Source: Podarcis cretensis (taxonomy: Eukaryota). From it: a stretch of 64,000 bases of DNA. The stretch spans positions 41,664,001-41,728,000 of the forward strand of contig OX638164.1 of assembly GCA_951804945.1 (NCBI GenBank). Direction: 5' to 3'. The notes beneath the pieces were generated by a model. The model ran no database searches. It was not told where the DNA came from and saw only the letters and a program-made list of their open reading frames with translations. Shown piece by piece: positions 12,301-25,565 of this stretch. Numbering within the stretch: position 1 is the first letter of the stretch; every line of letters starts with the position of its first letter. The position numbers and the translations under genes are program-made.

Positions 12301-13617
12301 CTGCAACGTTGGGTTAGTATGTTTTGCATGATTCATTACAAAGAAGTTTTAAGTCTCCATGTGTGGGGACACACACACCCCTACGACATATATGACAAGA
12401 GGACTATAATCCTCTGCACGCTTACTTGAGAGTAAGTCCTTCTGGAAGCTGTGGCTTATTTCTGAGTACATATGCATAGGATCGGACTGCAAAGGGCTAA
12501 AGAACAACAACCAACCTTGGCTATTTCTGAGAAGTGGGAGCCTGATGTGTGTGAAGAACAAGGGGGTGCCTATATCCAGATCCCGCGAGCTGTGAAATGT
12601 TTGGAAGATGGATCGAGATGTATGGCTGGATCCCCTCTTCACCCCCACCCCAAGCCCCCTCCAACAGAGAATTTAGAAGAAGTATTTTGCTGCCCCATCC
12701 TATGCATATCTACTCAGAAATAAGCCGCTGCTTTCAAAGGGACTTGCTACCGAGTAAGCATGTAAGACTGGGAATCCTACCCCGACTCATAAATAGCATA
12801 TTGCTGGGAACTCTTTCCCTCTTCAAAGTCCTCCCTGTTTCCCACCAGACGCCTGAAACGATATATATAACACAACAACAGCAACACATTCTTAATTAAT
12901 TAATTTATTACTACTATTACACTATAAAATGGAACACGGGGGGAAATGGGACGACGTTCGGGGGAGGAAGAGTAACATTTGCGGCCGCAGCCGCGAAGGA
13001 AGCTGATCTCGGTCCTCTTCTTCCAGAACTAGAGGTTAACAAGCCGCATACAAAGTATTTGGTAAGCAATTGACTCGCCTTCCTTGGAAGCCGCCTTGCC
13101 CTCTTCGCGCGCCCCGCCCACCAGTTGTTGTTGTTTTAATCCCGCGCTCCTTGTAAGCCGCCGCCGCCGCCCGCGTGTATCAGTTTGGAGACCGAGTCTC
13201 CCCTTCTCACCCAATGGGGCGACACTATGCAAATGACGGCGCCTTATTTGGCAGCGCGCTCCTCCCCTTTTCCTAGGACGTTCTCTCCCGGCGCTGGAAC
13301 CCATTCATGGGGATCTGGGCACCGAAAACCAGCCGCGCTTGGCCGGCTTCAGAGGCTGCAATCAGACTCTCCTTTTCTTTTCCCCATTGATCCCCGGCTT
13401 CTTGTCTTGTCTTTTTGTCCTCCCTCCCTCCCCGCCCACTTTCCTTCCCCTTCCTCTTCTTCCTCGTGGATTAGGGAGCCGCCAAGGCGACCCGGGTGTC
13501 TCCGCCGAGCAGGTGATCCCCGAGGCTGAGCAAGGACCGCGCTGTCCTGCCTCCTCCTCCTCTCCGGCGGGGCTTCTTCGGAAGATGATCGCCAGCCTCG
13601 GAAGGGGCTGAGCAGCG

Positions 13618-13637
13618 CAGCAGCAGCAGCAGCAGCA
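13618..13637 (+). repeat. (CAG)n tract in putative 5' UTR
   Basis: Direct reading. Confidence 0.85.
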
Positions 13638-13905
13638 ACTTCGACCTGCGAGAAGCGAGAGCGGGACGGAGAACTCGCGCCGCACCCGCGTCCACCGCTC
13701 CTTGATTCCCTTTCTCTTCTTAAAGTGTCCGAGCAGCAGCCCAGGTCCTCCTTAAAGACGGAAGGAGCCCGCTCAGGCCAACTTCTTGGGATTTCTGCGT
13801 CTCCTTGTTTTGAAGTTTCAGCTTGGTCCGGAAAGAGGGGCGCGCCTTGCGGGGGTGGGGGGGGACACCGTTGTTTTGGTTTGTGTTTTGGAATAAACTT
13901 CTCCA

Positions 13906-14036
13906 ATGTTTGGGATCCAAGATACTTTAGGAAGAGGACCCATCCTGAAAGACAAGGTGCTGGGCTCGGAGATGGATCCTGTCCGGTCCTGGGTCAGGAA
14001 TGTCGGCGTGGTGGACGCGAACGTCGCCGCTCAAAG
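13906..14036 (+). CDS. EBF2: EBF2 (COE2) coding exon 1
   Basis: ATG at 13906; translates [43 protein letters not shown](S), the EBF2-type N-terminus; 131 nt; donor AG|gtaagt. Confidence 0.97.
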
Positions 14037-15373
14037 GTAAGTGGACCAAATCCGGAGCCTTGCAAAAGAAAAAAAGTGATGATGATCGCGACGATTAGTT
14101 CCTTTGCTCCTCGTAGTTCTCTCCAAATAACCCGTGAACGATCCGCAGTGACTCTGGAACCGCGGGAGGCTCTTGCTGTGATCCCGGCGATTCCAGTTTA
14201 TTTATTTACGTTTTAATGCACTCGTAATAACCAGGACCAGCTGGGGAGATCTCGCATGCTCCAAAGCTACGGCCTTTCCCCTGGTGGGGGCAGAATCAGT
14301 GTAATACCTTTTTTGCGAGGGTGGGAGTCGCTTTAACTGTGAAATCCCAGAGATGTCTTACCGGAAAGCAAGTGCCATTGAGTTTTGGGGACTTTGTTCC
14401 AAGGAAGTCTTCGGCTCCTCCGAAAGGAAGATGAATTGGGCTTCAGGGGTTTTCTTCCGAGTACTTCAGCGGCTTACTTACATCCCAAGGATCGTGCTGT
14501 TAGCCCCCACCCCACCCCCTGCTTAAGGAACAGGCACCATGGGACATGTTTGTGGACACTTATAGGGATGCTGTTCTGTTCTTCTGCAGTTTAAATGCTG
14601 TTAGGTGATTTTAGGTTGCAATCCTGCCACCGCCACAACCCGGATGCTTTTCCGCCAGCAGACAGGAGGCGGTGAATCCACCGTTCTGATCTTCCCTGGC
14701 CTCAATTCAGATAGCGCTGCTGGACTTAGGGCGCTCATTAGGCACCACCCCAACTTTAGCTGGGAATGTGCATTGCTTCCTTTACTTCAGTGATGTGAGC
14801 TAGCCCCACGCTTAATCGGCGGAGTGGGGGCCCTAGACCTCTGACCCCAAAATCTTGCCCTGTCGCCATCGCAGTTCATACACTCAGGAGGTTCGTCTGA
14901 AATCAGCTTTCAGCCCCTGAAGGATGGAGGAACTTGCAGATGTTAATACAGAATATCTTCTCCTGGTTCTCCCAGCCTGGAGCTCCATGACTCAGTTTAA
15001 GTAAAAAACAACAACCTTTTAAGTTGTTTTACTTTTAAGTAAAAAAAAACAACCCGCCTTTTAAATTTATGCCACACTTCAAAGCCCGGATGCTAAAATG
15101 TTACGGGGGTGGGGGAGAGGGGCACTATGCATCCCACTTTACAGCGCAATTTTAACCATGTCTACTCAAAGTAGATTTCAGTGGGGCTTGCTCTAAAGTA
15201 ATTTGGGGCAGGATTGCAGCCTTAAAATGTCGGGGGCGGGCGACAGGGTTGCAAGCAAATCTAATGACCTAATCTGGAAAAACTAACTATAATCTGATGG
15301 CTACAGTGTAGTTGAGACGAAGTGAAGCGGATTTAAAGCGAGCGGGGCTGCGATCCTAAACACATATTTTTAA

Positions 15374-15468
15374 GGGTGCAATCCTAACTCCATTTACCCG
15401 AGGGTAAACCCTCTTTGAATTCACTAGTACTTAACTTCTGAGTAGTAGGTAGGGTTAGGGTTGCGCTG
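15374..15468. mobile_element. Short palindromic MITE (PIF/Harbinger-like) nested in a related copy
   Basis: GGGTGCAATCCT...AGGGTTGCGCTG flanked by TAA/TAA. Confidence 0.55.
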
Positions 15469-18400
15469 TAAATCTAATTGAAGTCGATGGGATTTACTTT
15501 GGAGCAAGCAAGCTGAAGATGAGGCGCCATAAATATATAATATATAACTAGGCAGGAAATGACATTCCGGTCAATGGAGCGACAATGGATTTGTGATGGG
15601 GTCTAAAGATCTGAAGTGGGCTGAAGCTCTACTGAAAGTAAACTCCGCTAAATCATAACAATGCATATATACCGACGGGAGTTTCAAAGAAATCTGTGTC
15701 CTAAAGCGGACCATTGATCTCACTTAGCAACCCCCACACTCTGTGCAAGGCAGACCAACTTTTAATTCCGAGTCATGTAACAAATGGGATTTAAGACCGA
15801 GCGGTCCCAAATGCTTTTGACCCGAAGAGAAGATCCACAGAAGGAAACGTGGAGGAAGGGTGACAGGAGAGAGATCACTATGGATCCCAGGCTTTAAAAG
15901 AGCCGCGGATCTTTCGTGGCTTTAAGCCACGGCCTCCAGGAAGGGAAGCTGACTAAAGCCGAGAGAATCCGGAGGCTTTAAAGCTCAGTTTCCGAAAGGG
16001 AAAGTCACCGGCGCAGGAGCAAACTCCATCGGCGCCTAGACTCCGCCGCGCTTTAATCGGCCAGCTGCGCCAGGCAAATATCCTAGCCCAAACCTAATGG
16101 GTGCTTACACAGAAGTAATTTCCGTTGAATTCTGAGACTTCTCGGAAAGAGTGCTGGAGGAGGATCGCAGCCAGAGGAAGGTATAAAACTCCTCTCCAAA
16201 GACAGAAATCAACCCCGCGGCTCCTTCTGGCGGCTCTTGGCGTTAGGAACCGAGACACCACCAGCTGCTAACTCCGTGCGATAGATTTGCTTTCTAAGAA
16301 AAGCGGGAGAGGATGAAAAGCAGCGCGCCGATCCTGGAAACACGCCTATCCTTGCAAATAAGTTCCAGCGGTTCCGGCAACACCTGCCCGACGAGGAAGG
16401 CACAGGTTTGAAGTAAGCCGAGACTTTTTTGTTCGCATTGAGGATTTTTCGTGAGGTTGAAGTCGTGACCTGACAAGACTCTCATGCAAAAGGTGATTGC
16501 CGGGAGCAGCTTCCACTAACACCGATCCGTTTAGATCCACCTAGGTGGAACTTGCGCGTGTGTTCCGAAGACTTTTTAACGCGGCAAACCCGCGCGCGCT
16601 TCTTCGCCGGGCGGCCGCCTCTGGAGTTTGACGCGACTTTGTACCTAACGCGCATCAGCGCCAGTCTGCAGGATCACAGCCTTACTAAGTGGATTTCCTT
16701 CCTAAATCAATTTCCCAATAGATCTGGAATCTGCAGAGGAGAAAATCGGAGACGGGTCAGAGCGGTGCTGGGCTCTAGGAGTAGGAAAAGTTTCTGTTCC
16801 TAGGCAGATGACAGGATTTTCCGGGCTGAACTGGAAGGCAGGGAGAATTAAGTCTACCCTGCAAGAGAGCGAAAATAAACATCCATCTTCTCTCCAGGGC
16901 CTGCGAAGAAAGCGGCAGGATCGGCTTTGGCTGGGGGAGGTTTCCCCCCCTCTGATTGTTCTAACAGGTCTTCCCACCTGGAGGCGCAAAAACAAACAAC
17001 CGCCCCAAACTTTTCAAACTCCGTTGAGGAAATAAAACACTGCCGTAATGAAATGAGGAAATAAAACTCTTCTTGTCCAGACGGAGTTAACTAAATTCAA
17101 GGGAAAGGTGTTTTTTTAAGGGAAATAGAATTTTAAATGCCTTTCCAATGCCCTTAGACGCATGTTTAAATTAGCAGGAAGTCCCATTAAACTTTCTGGG
17201 ATTTGTTCGAGGAAGTGAGGTTAGGCAACTAGACTTTCCTAGAAAATAAAGTAGGATTTTTGGATCTTCAAACAGTCGCAAGTGTCTCCCCATTTTCCTC
17301 AGCGTTGTGATAGAGCAATCCGGGGTTAATTCGGGGATTTAAAGCGGGGTAAGCCAAAATGAATTATTGGTCTTCAATACATGCTTGGAAAGTTGTGTCC
17401 CGCCATTTCCTGCCAATGAATAAACAGGCTGCCCCAATCCTGAACAAACTTCCTAGGTCAAAGGGTGTTGCCTGAGCAATTTTTCCTGGAAACAAATCCC
17501 TTTTCTTTTAGTGGCAATTATCAGAATTATGTTTTTAAAACGCTTTAGCGTTGACCGTTCTTCAGACCCGACTTTTTGCATATTTACTGGGAAATAAGCC
17601 CCACGGAATCTAATGGGGCTTCTCCCCAGCGTAAACGGGCCTAGAACAGGTAATCTTGAACCGGTAAGACTGTTTGCACCCTCAGACTGCAAACCTATAC
17701 ATTTACCTGTGAGCGAATCCCATTAAACCAATGGGACTTACTTCTGAGCAGGCATGTCTAGGGTTGCGAATTTAACATGGGAGGAAGTCCCAGTGGGATC
17801 CGTGAGATTTAGAGTAAACCTTCATAAAACAGGGCAGGAGAGCGAAGCAGGCAGCAGGCCGTAGTCAAAAGTCAGGGCTCAACTCCTATTGTTTTGCACA
17901 GTTAACAACGGCAGCGGGGGCTATTTAAAGCGGTAGGGTTTATTCCGGAAGATACGCATAAAATCCTTGCAAGAAGAAAGGGATTTGGAGGGAGGAGGGG
18001 GAGTCAAATATACGATCCTATGCAAACTTAACTCCGAGGAACTTACATGTAAGCGAAGAAACGGATTGGATCAAGTAAGAATCTATTCCAGTGAAGGCGC
18101 CTAGCCTACATCTGCTGAACACGCGCAGGGCCCGCTAGTATTTAGCTTCGCTTGTTCACTGGTCAGCGAGCCACCAATCCTAAACGCCTTGACTTTGAAG
18201 CCAGCTGGATGTGCCTGGATGGGTCTTGGAAGTTTCCTCCTGTTCAGCGGTCCCTCCTCCGAAAGCAGGGAGGCTGCAAAGGCGACAGGTATGCGCCGCG
18301 TCGCAGATACACTCCACTCCCTGCTCTCACCGCGCGACTACCTGGAAGAGTTCAGAGTCCGCTGAAAGCTTTGCGACTTGCTTTTCACTAAATTCGTTGA

Positions 18401-20044
18401 GAGGATTGGGGCTGCCAAGAGGGCAGTTTTAGACAGCAAAGCGCTTACCTGGCTTGCAAGCCTCCATGAAAACAGCAGGACTACATTTCCTAATGACCCT
18501 GCGCCGGATTGCATTGGCAATTAGGAAATTGCAAATCGTGCCATTGACACTATCGACGCCCCGGGCTTAAGCAAGCACTTCCTTTCGCAGTTTCTCCGAA
18601 ATCGATTAACTTTCCCGGTTCAGTGCTACGCTGTCCTCCTCCCGCCGCCCCGCCCCTAAGCAATGCGTTTCGAAACAGGGCAGCCGTATAGAAGGGGAGG
18701 GGAAGCCCCTCGCATTGATCAGCATTCATTGATCCGAATTGGGTTCTTAACGGGAAGCGCACAGAAGTCGCTTCGCTGCTGTTTAACAAGACAAACCCTT
18801 TCCTCATCTCCTCCCGGGACCAGCAACTTGAAAGTAGTCCACTGAGCCTCAGGCGTCGGGGGTTGGCGAGCTGGATCGGGTCTAAAGCGAACAGGGACCT
18901 TGGGTGGTTGGGAATGCTTAGACCCAGCTCTTTTGCCCTGGGCCATTTCTCAATGGACCTTGCTTCCTAACAAGACCAGGCTGTTGAGAGGGAGAAATGA
19001 ACGGATTTGCGTATGTTTGAAGGCTGCTGGCACCCAAGAAACGAAACGGAATTCGGAGATTTCCCGGTTCTTCTCTGACCTCCAGCTGCGGAGCTTCTGT
19101 TTAGTACTGGTAAATCACCAGGATATCTTTTAAAAACACACACACCATAACTCCCCCCGCCCCAAGTTACCCAAGGATCCTTCAGCTTCCCCCAAATTAA
19201 TGATAGAAAACGTTAGCGAAGAAGATGAGAATGAAAGTCATCAGGCGGAGCCGGCCTTACTGTTAGACAGGGGGGAGGCGGCCCGGTCCGTGCAATAGTT
19301 GTTTTGAGGTGGGGTTTTTTTTGGGGGGGGGGGTTGCAGCGTTAAAGATTAGCAAAAGGAAAACAGCTTGGTTTATTTTAATTCTGACTTATTTTAATTT
19401 TGTCTTACATATATTACAATGATAAAATGTGGAGGATATTCTGCCTCCCAGGCATGGGAAGCGGAATATCGGTTGGGCCACCTCAAGCCAACCGTGCTAG
19501 AATCTGAGGTCGGCTTCTTGCAGGTGAATCGGGGCTCTTTCCCCTGTGCTGCTCCCCGCCCCCACTCCCCTCTGTGCCCACTACCAAAAGTAAATAAATA
19601 AATAACAACAACAACATTGTGACACCTTAAAGGCCCTGTCAAATATCTCTTGAGGCAGAAACCTTAGAGTCCCCGATCCGTCAGACGCCTGCAGTTTGCT
19701 TTCTTTCTGTCGGGCACATATTAACGGTTAGCAACCGGGCTTAAATAATTTGGAAATAGAAGAGGAGGAGGAAAGAGTTCTTGCATTTGATGAAAAGAAC
19801 TTTAGCTTTCTGGCCGAAGAAACCTGTTGGTTTTTAAAGTGTCACAAAACTCGTCCGTCTCTTTCTCTGTGTGTGACTGAGTATAGCATGCGGAAATGAA
19901 AGTAACGGCGGGATCCTATCCGTGTTTGACTCGGAAACTCTCAGTGGCAATCCTGTGCCTGCTTACTGTTGGAAGGAAGTCCCACTGAGTTCAGCGGGGC
20001 TTGCTCCTAGGAAGCGTGTATCGAGGACTGCAAACCAACGTTGA

Positions 20045-20455
<411 letters not shown>

Positions 20456-21720
20456 TAGTGTTAGCGCAATTTTTAAAAGAGATAAATCAAGCTGAGGTGC
20501 TACCGACTTCTAAGAAAACGATCGCTAGAATTGGGGCTTGTGAAAGAGCACTCAGCTGCACCCTCGGATTGCCCTTTAAAAATCAGCAGCAAAAGCAGCT
20601 CCTGCTAATTCCTAGGAAGTGAATCTTCTTGGCTTGAAGGATTGATTTATCAGTTTCTCCCTGGAGTTAAAAAGGCGCAAGCCACTGCCAGGAGGTTCTC
20701 CTGCGCAAAGCGCCGATCGAAATACACCTGAGCCCCGCAAGTGCAGCTCCCGTTCATTACTACCAGCTCAAGAGAACTTCCTCTGAGCTGGCCTTGCTGG
20801 TTGGTTTCATCTGGGCTCAGAGGCTTGTCAGTTTCGCTTCCTGCAAGTCTCGGAAACCTTCCCTGCAAAGCGGCCCGCGATTCTGCCAGACTTAAGCACT
20901 TCTGCAGCACGCGCCTAACCTTCTTCGTTCAAAAGTGCGCCGTTGGGTTTACTCTCTCGTAAGCTTGCTTAAGAACTGCATTCTTGACGCCATTCCTAAC
21001 AGGACTTAGAAGTCCTTAACTTTGGCGAAGCTGATGCTCCCCGCAGCAACTGGGCATATAAGTTTAAAACGAGCGCCCTGCGTTTTGTTTGTCGAGTTAT
21101 GCTGCGTGTCATTAACCGATGGGATCTTCTCTGGTCCAGTAGGTGACTGCTGACGTAATTTTAAAATAAGATGTTAAGTCCTCCTCCTCCCTTCCTTCCC
21201 AGCACTTCTCTCTGGGCCCTTCTCCCCCTCGCGTCTTTTTCCAGGGAATTTCCAGGTCAAGTGCTGGAAAGACTGAAATGAACCCTCTGCTAAAATTTCT
21301 GTCTCCAAAGCCCCATCATCCCGGATCGCCGGTTCAGGAGGCAACATCACGTCTCCATCAGTCGCGGTTTAAAACACACAAACACACTTATTTTAGCGAA
21401 ACTAAACTATACAGGCTACCGGCGTCAGATTTTAGAGGCAAAAATTCCGTCCCGGGTCAAGGCAAGCCGGAAATGTCCGAGCAGCTCTCCGGAGTGCAAA
21501 AGTCCTCCGCATCAAATTCTCTTTTTCTGTAGCACTTAAAGAGAAGGGGTGGGGTGGGGTGGGGTGGGCAAATCTTGGGCGCTCTTACTTGGAAGGACAA
21601 CGGGACTGACTTGCGAGTAAACCACGGATCAGCTCGACCAGCTCAAGAAAAGGCTCATTTGCGCCAGTAAAACACTTTCCTGCTAACCCAGACCCTTATG
21701 CACACTTACTTGAACTAATT

Positions 21721-21860
21721 ACAGGTAGGTAGCCGTGTTGGTCTGCCATAGTCAAAACAAAATAAAAGAAAAAAAATTCCTTCCAGTAGCACCTTAAAGA
21801 CCAACTAAGTTAGTTCTAGATATGAGCTTTCGTGTGCATGCACACTTCTTCAGATACACT
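21721..21860 (-). mobile_element. Penelope-like element terminal-repeat fragment
   Basis: Carries the hammerhead motif; bracketed by 13-bp direct repeat TTACTTGAACTAA (21706-21718, 21884-21896). Confidence 0.6.
21820..21857 (-). ncRNA. Minimal type I hammerhead ribozyme motif (Penelope-like element type)
   Basis: Minus strand reads GUAU-CUGAAGA-A-GUGUGCAUGCACAC-GAAA-GC-UC-AUAU: intact core, stem II, 4-bp stem I. Confidence 0.7.
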
Positions 21861-21979
21861 TTTTTTCCCCTTTTATTTTGTTTTTACTTGAACTAAGTGG
21901 GACTTGCTCCTGAATAAAAATAAATGGGATATTGCGCCGGCAACCCTGTTTGAATCAGTTCTCTCTCCCTTCTCGGCAG

Positions 21980-22043
21980 GAACAAGGCAACGAAAAAACC
22001 AATAACGGGACCCACTACAAACTGCAGCTTCTTTACAGTAACG
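21980..22043 (+). CDS. EBF2: EBF2 coding exon 3
   Basis: cag|EQGNEKTNNGTHYKLQLLYSN(G)|gtgagt; 64 nt. Confidence 0.97.
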
Positions 22044-22251
22044 GTGAGTCTCCTGCCTCTGGGGTTCAGAAAGAGCGACCATAGTATTTGGGGAACTCGT
22101 GTTCTAAAGGGATAATGTCTCGATTAAAGCTAAAATCAGAAATTTTACCCCCACCTCCATGTTGAAGTCAGTCCGAAAGAGAAATAACTGACCCTGGTAT
22201 GGATGCCAGTTCCCAGTTCTCCCACAGGCAAATATGATTGACAGGTCAGTA

Positions 22252-22477
22252 CAGTGGTACCTTGGGTTACATACACTTCAGGTTACATACGCTTCAGGTT
22301 ACAGACTCCGCTAACCCAGAAATAGCACCTCAGGTTAAGAACTTTGCTTCAGGATGAGAACAGAAATCGTGCTCCGGCGGCGCGGCAGCACATTAGCTAA
22401 AGTGGTGCTTCAGGTTAAGAACAGTTTCAGGTTAAGAACAGACCTTCGAATTAAGTATTTAACCCGAGGTACCACTG
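22252..22477. mobile_element. Tigger/pogo-like MITE
   Basis: TIR CAGTGGTACCTTGGGTTA / TAACCCGAGGTACCACTG; TA TSD. Confidence 0.85.
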
Positions 22478-23149
22478 TAATGGTTTAAAAAACCTCACAA
22501 ACTCATATGACCAGAAAAGGCAACATGGGACCAAAACCCGATGCATGTATTCAGTGGGAAACTGCTTCTTTTAATTCATTTCTTAAAAAATTGAAAAAAA
22601 TATTCATCTCCAGTAAATAGGTTTGGTAGGTCTCATTTCATTTCATTTCTTTTTTTAAACTACTGAAGCCTTTTTAATCTGGAGTAGCAGCAGGGCGAAA
22701 TAGAGATGCACGTGCTCCTTGAGACTAGTGCCTATTTCAATCCAGTTTTGAAGCTTCCTTCACCAAAACAAATCCCCAGAATTCTTCATGGCCGAGGTGG
22801 GGGAGTGTCCAGCACTCCAGCCACTAGACCACATTGGCTCTCAATAGATAGTGAAATAAAATGGCTAGCACATTTGTAAAACTAAGCAGGATCTGGTATG
22901 GTTTCAAATTGGGTGGGGGACTGGGTGTTGAGAATTCCTGCACAGCAGGGGGTGGACTAGATGACCCTCAGGGATCCCTTCCAACTCCACAATTCTTTAA
23001 AAGACTGGCCGTTGCATAAAGTACATTGGGCTGGTGTTGTAAATAAGTGTGATAAGCTGTTTAATTAACTCCTTTTGAGGTTGCAAAGAAATGTTCATGT
23101 TAGGCCACCACTCCGTTCACAGCGTAGGTCGCCCAGTCCACTGGTGTGT

Positions 23150-23151
<2 letters not shown>

Positions 23152-23180
<29 letters not shown>
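23152..23180. repeat. (GT)n microsatellite
   Basis: Direct reading. Confidence 0.95.
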
Positions 23181-23181
<1 letters not shown>

Positions 23182-23815
23182 AACACTTGCCTGTTCCTGG
23201 GCACCAGCAGCCCCCGCCACACCACTCATTTTGGCAGCTTTACTAGATAAGAGAGAAGAAAATGAACACTAGTCCTGTACCTTCAGTTTCTTGAAAGTTT
23301 TCTTCCTTTGCAAAAATGGCTTCCATTTTTTATTTTTTGCCTCATTTTCAGGGAACGTTCAAATTTTGGTTGGGTCAGCATTTTTATGTTACCTTATTGT
23401 TGTGAGGTGGCCAGAGGTGGCACACCCATACGTCTGGAATTTCCCAAACATATGCAGAATACTGCAGTTGGAAGTGGTGTCTGGGCAGAAATCTCTAAAA
23501 TATCTGGGAAAATCTGGAAGTATGGCAACCCATGTTGGCAGTGTTGTTTTGGGTGATTTTCCTTAAAAATAGCTCCAAAACTTCAGTTTTTTTTTTGTTT
23601 TGCAAATTTGTTTGAAATATGGCAACCCTCACATATATTCCTTTCCACTAAACCTTCCCCACACCCCCAGCAATTTGCAGACTTGCAGGCTCATGGGAGG
23701 AGTTGCCACATGATTTCTCGCTCTGGCCTTTAATTGAAGCATAGGAAGGCTACAGGGTATAGACCACTGGTGAGATGATTTGTAGTGTGAAAGAAAAGAT
23801 ACAGTACTCTTGCTG

Positions 23816-23874
23816 CTTCTTCTTCTTCTTCTTCTTCTTCTTCTTCTTCTTCTTCTTCTTCTTCTTCTTCTTCT
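23816..23874. repeat. (CTT)n microsatellite
   Basis: Direct reading. Confidence 0.95.
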
Positions 23875-24384
23875 GCGATCACTCGTAGCCGAGTAAGATT
23901 GTCTTCCCTAAACACAGTTTTAACAATGCAAGCACACCTTGGACACTTAAAAAGGGAAGTAGGCATTCCACTCATTAGAATGTCACTGAAATTTTCTCTC
24001 CCCTTGGATAATTTTCAAATGCAATTTCATTTCTCATTAATAGAAGGGGAATGGCCAGGGGGTGGAGGAAAATGTAAGAGCAATTTTCAACTCAGCACCA
24101 ATGAATATATTGATCTGGATCTGTTTGGATCAGAAGAGGGATCAAGTGAGGATGGAGCAGGAATGACTTTAGAGCAGGAGTGGGGAATTGGTGGCCCTCC
24201 AGATGTTGTTGGGGACTTGAACTCTCATTTGCTAGCATGGCCAATGGCCAGGGATGCTGGGCATTGTAGGCCGCCATCATTGTGAGGGCCACAGGTTCCC
24301 CATGCCTGATTTAATGACTTGGGGAACTGATCCTTTGGAACTGTCTTATTTTTATTCTATCATGTTCTTCAATGTTCCCTGTAG

Positions 24385-24440
24385 GTGTCAGAACTGAACA
24401 AGATCTCTTCGTTCGGCTCATTGACTCAGTCACAAAACAG
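24385..24440 (+). CDS. EBF2: EBF2 coding exon 4
   Basis: tag|(G)VRTEQDLFVRLIDSVTKQ|gtaaga; 56 nt. Confidence 0.97.
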
Positions 24441-24753
24441 GTAAGATCAAGCAAATTGTCTGTCTCCTGCCCTTTAATTTTCCTACCTACTTGAATTTCT
24501 TCCTAATCAAAGCTATGTCTGTAGCATTCTAATCAAGTGTTGGTGTTTCTCATATCCAAACTATTTCTAGTGAGATTTTTTTAATGCATACATTGCCTGC
24601 TATGTGAAAAAAAAAATACTTTCAATAATCAGACCTGCTTTTCTCCCTTTCTTTTTAAAAAATCAATTAACATAATACTACTACTAATACATGCTGCTGC
24701 TACTACTACTACTGCTAATTCCCATCTCTCAATGCTTGTTCACATTTCTATAG

Positions 24754-24827
24754 CCTATCGCCTATGAAGGACAAAACAAGAATCCAGAAATGTGCAGAGT
24801 TTTACTCACCCATGAAGTTATGTGCAG
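24754..24827 (+). CDS. EBF2: EBF2 coding exon 5 (first half of zinc knuckle)
   Basis: tag|PIAYEGQNKNPEMCRVLLTHEVMC(S)|gtaaga; 74 nt. Confidence 0.97.
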
Positions 24828-25518
24828 GTAAGACAGCTTCCGTTATTTATGTGTCTGCAGCCACCTTGCAGAAGCTAAGCAGGTCTGGGTCTGCTCAGTG
24901 ACAGAACCCATGAACCCCATGTATTCTACTTTAAACTCTATAATGGAAGAAAGGCAGAATATCAATGTATTAAAATAAAGCAACCCCTTTTCATTAGTGC
25001 GATGTGTGATTTGCACAAAGAAAGGGGTGAAAAGTTTGCATTATTTGTTAAAAGATACTGATCATATAAGTCCAAAATAAATTTTTAACCTGTGATCCTC
25101 CAGTTGCTCCTATCACCCTGACTTCTTGGCCCTGCTGGCTGGGGCTGATGGGATGATAGGAGCTGTAGTCCACCTGGGAGACCTCAGGTTCCCTCTTCCT
25201 GGGCTTCAGACAGGTTCTCCAGCTCCAACCCACTCAGCCTTATCTGAAGATAGTGGGATCTGAATGTAGAATCTTTTCCATGAAAACGTGTTCTTTTACC
25301 ATTCAGCATCCATGGACTGTGCTGTGGACTCTATGGAAATAAACTTACGTAGGAAAGTTGTGGAAGTGTGCTTTAGCACCCAGCTGCGCATCTATTAGAC
25401 ACAACCAGTTTCAGGCTTGCTGAGTGGAAGATTCGATCAATAGATTCCTTTAGTTGACACTTTTTGTTATTTTTCCTGGAAAATCTGTCAGATTACCACT
25501 GCAAAGTTCTGCATGGGT

Positions 25519-25520
<2 letters not shown>

Positions 25521-25563
<43 letters not shown>
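25521..25563. repeat. (AC)n microsatellite
   Basis: Direct reading. Confidence 0.95.

Positions 25564-25565
<2 letters not shown>

Larger units (their letters stand above)
12950..14200 (+). promoter_or_regulatory. CpG island promoter / 5' UTR of EBF2
   Basis: Dense CpG, (CCG)n, CCAAT 13211-13215, octamer ATGCAAAT 13227-13234, CArG CCTTATTTGG 13242-13251; immediately upstream of the ATG. Confidence 0.8.

Noticed and set aside
13349-13906. 185-aa antisense ORF over the 5' UTR
   Set aside because: Low-complexity product of GC-rich, stop-poor CpG island; no recognisable domain
16537-16550. 14-bp palindrome TCCACCTAGGTGGA
   Set aside because: Isolated; spacing does not fit CTCF; plausible by chance
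23730-23975. Poly-Glu ORF
   Set aside because: Translation of the (CTT)n microsatellite
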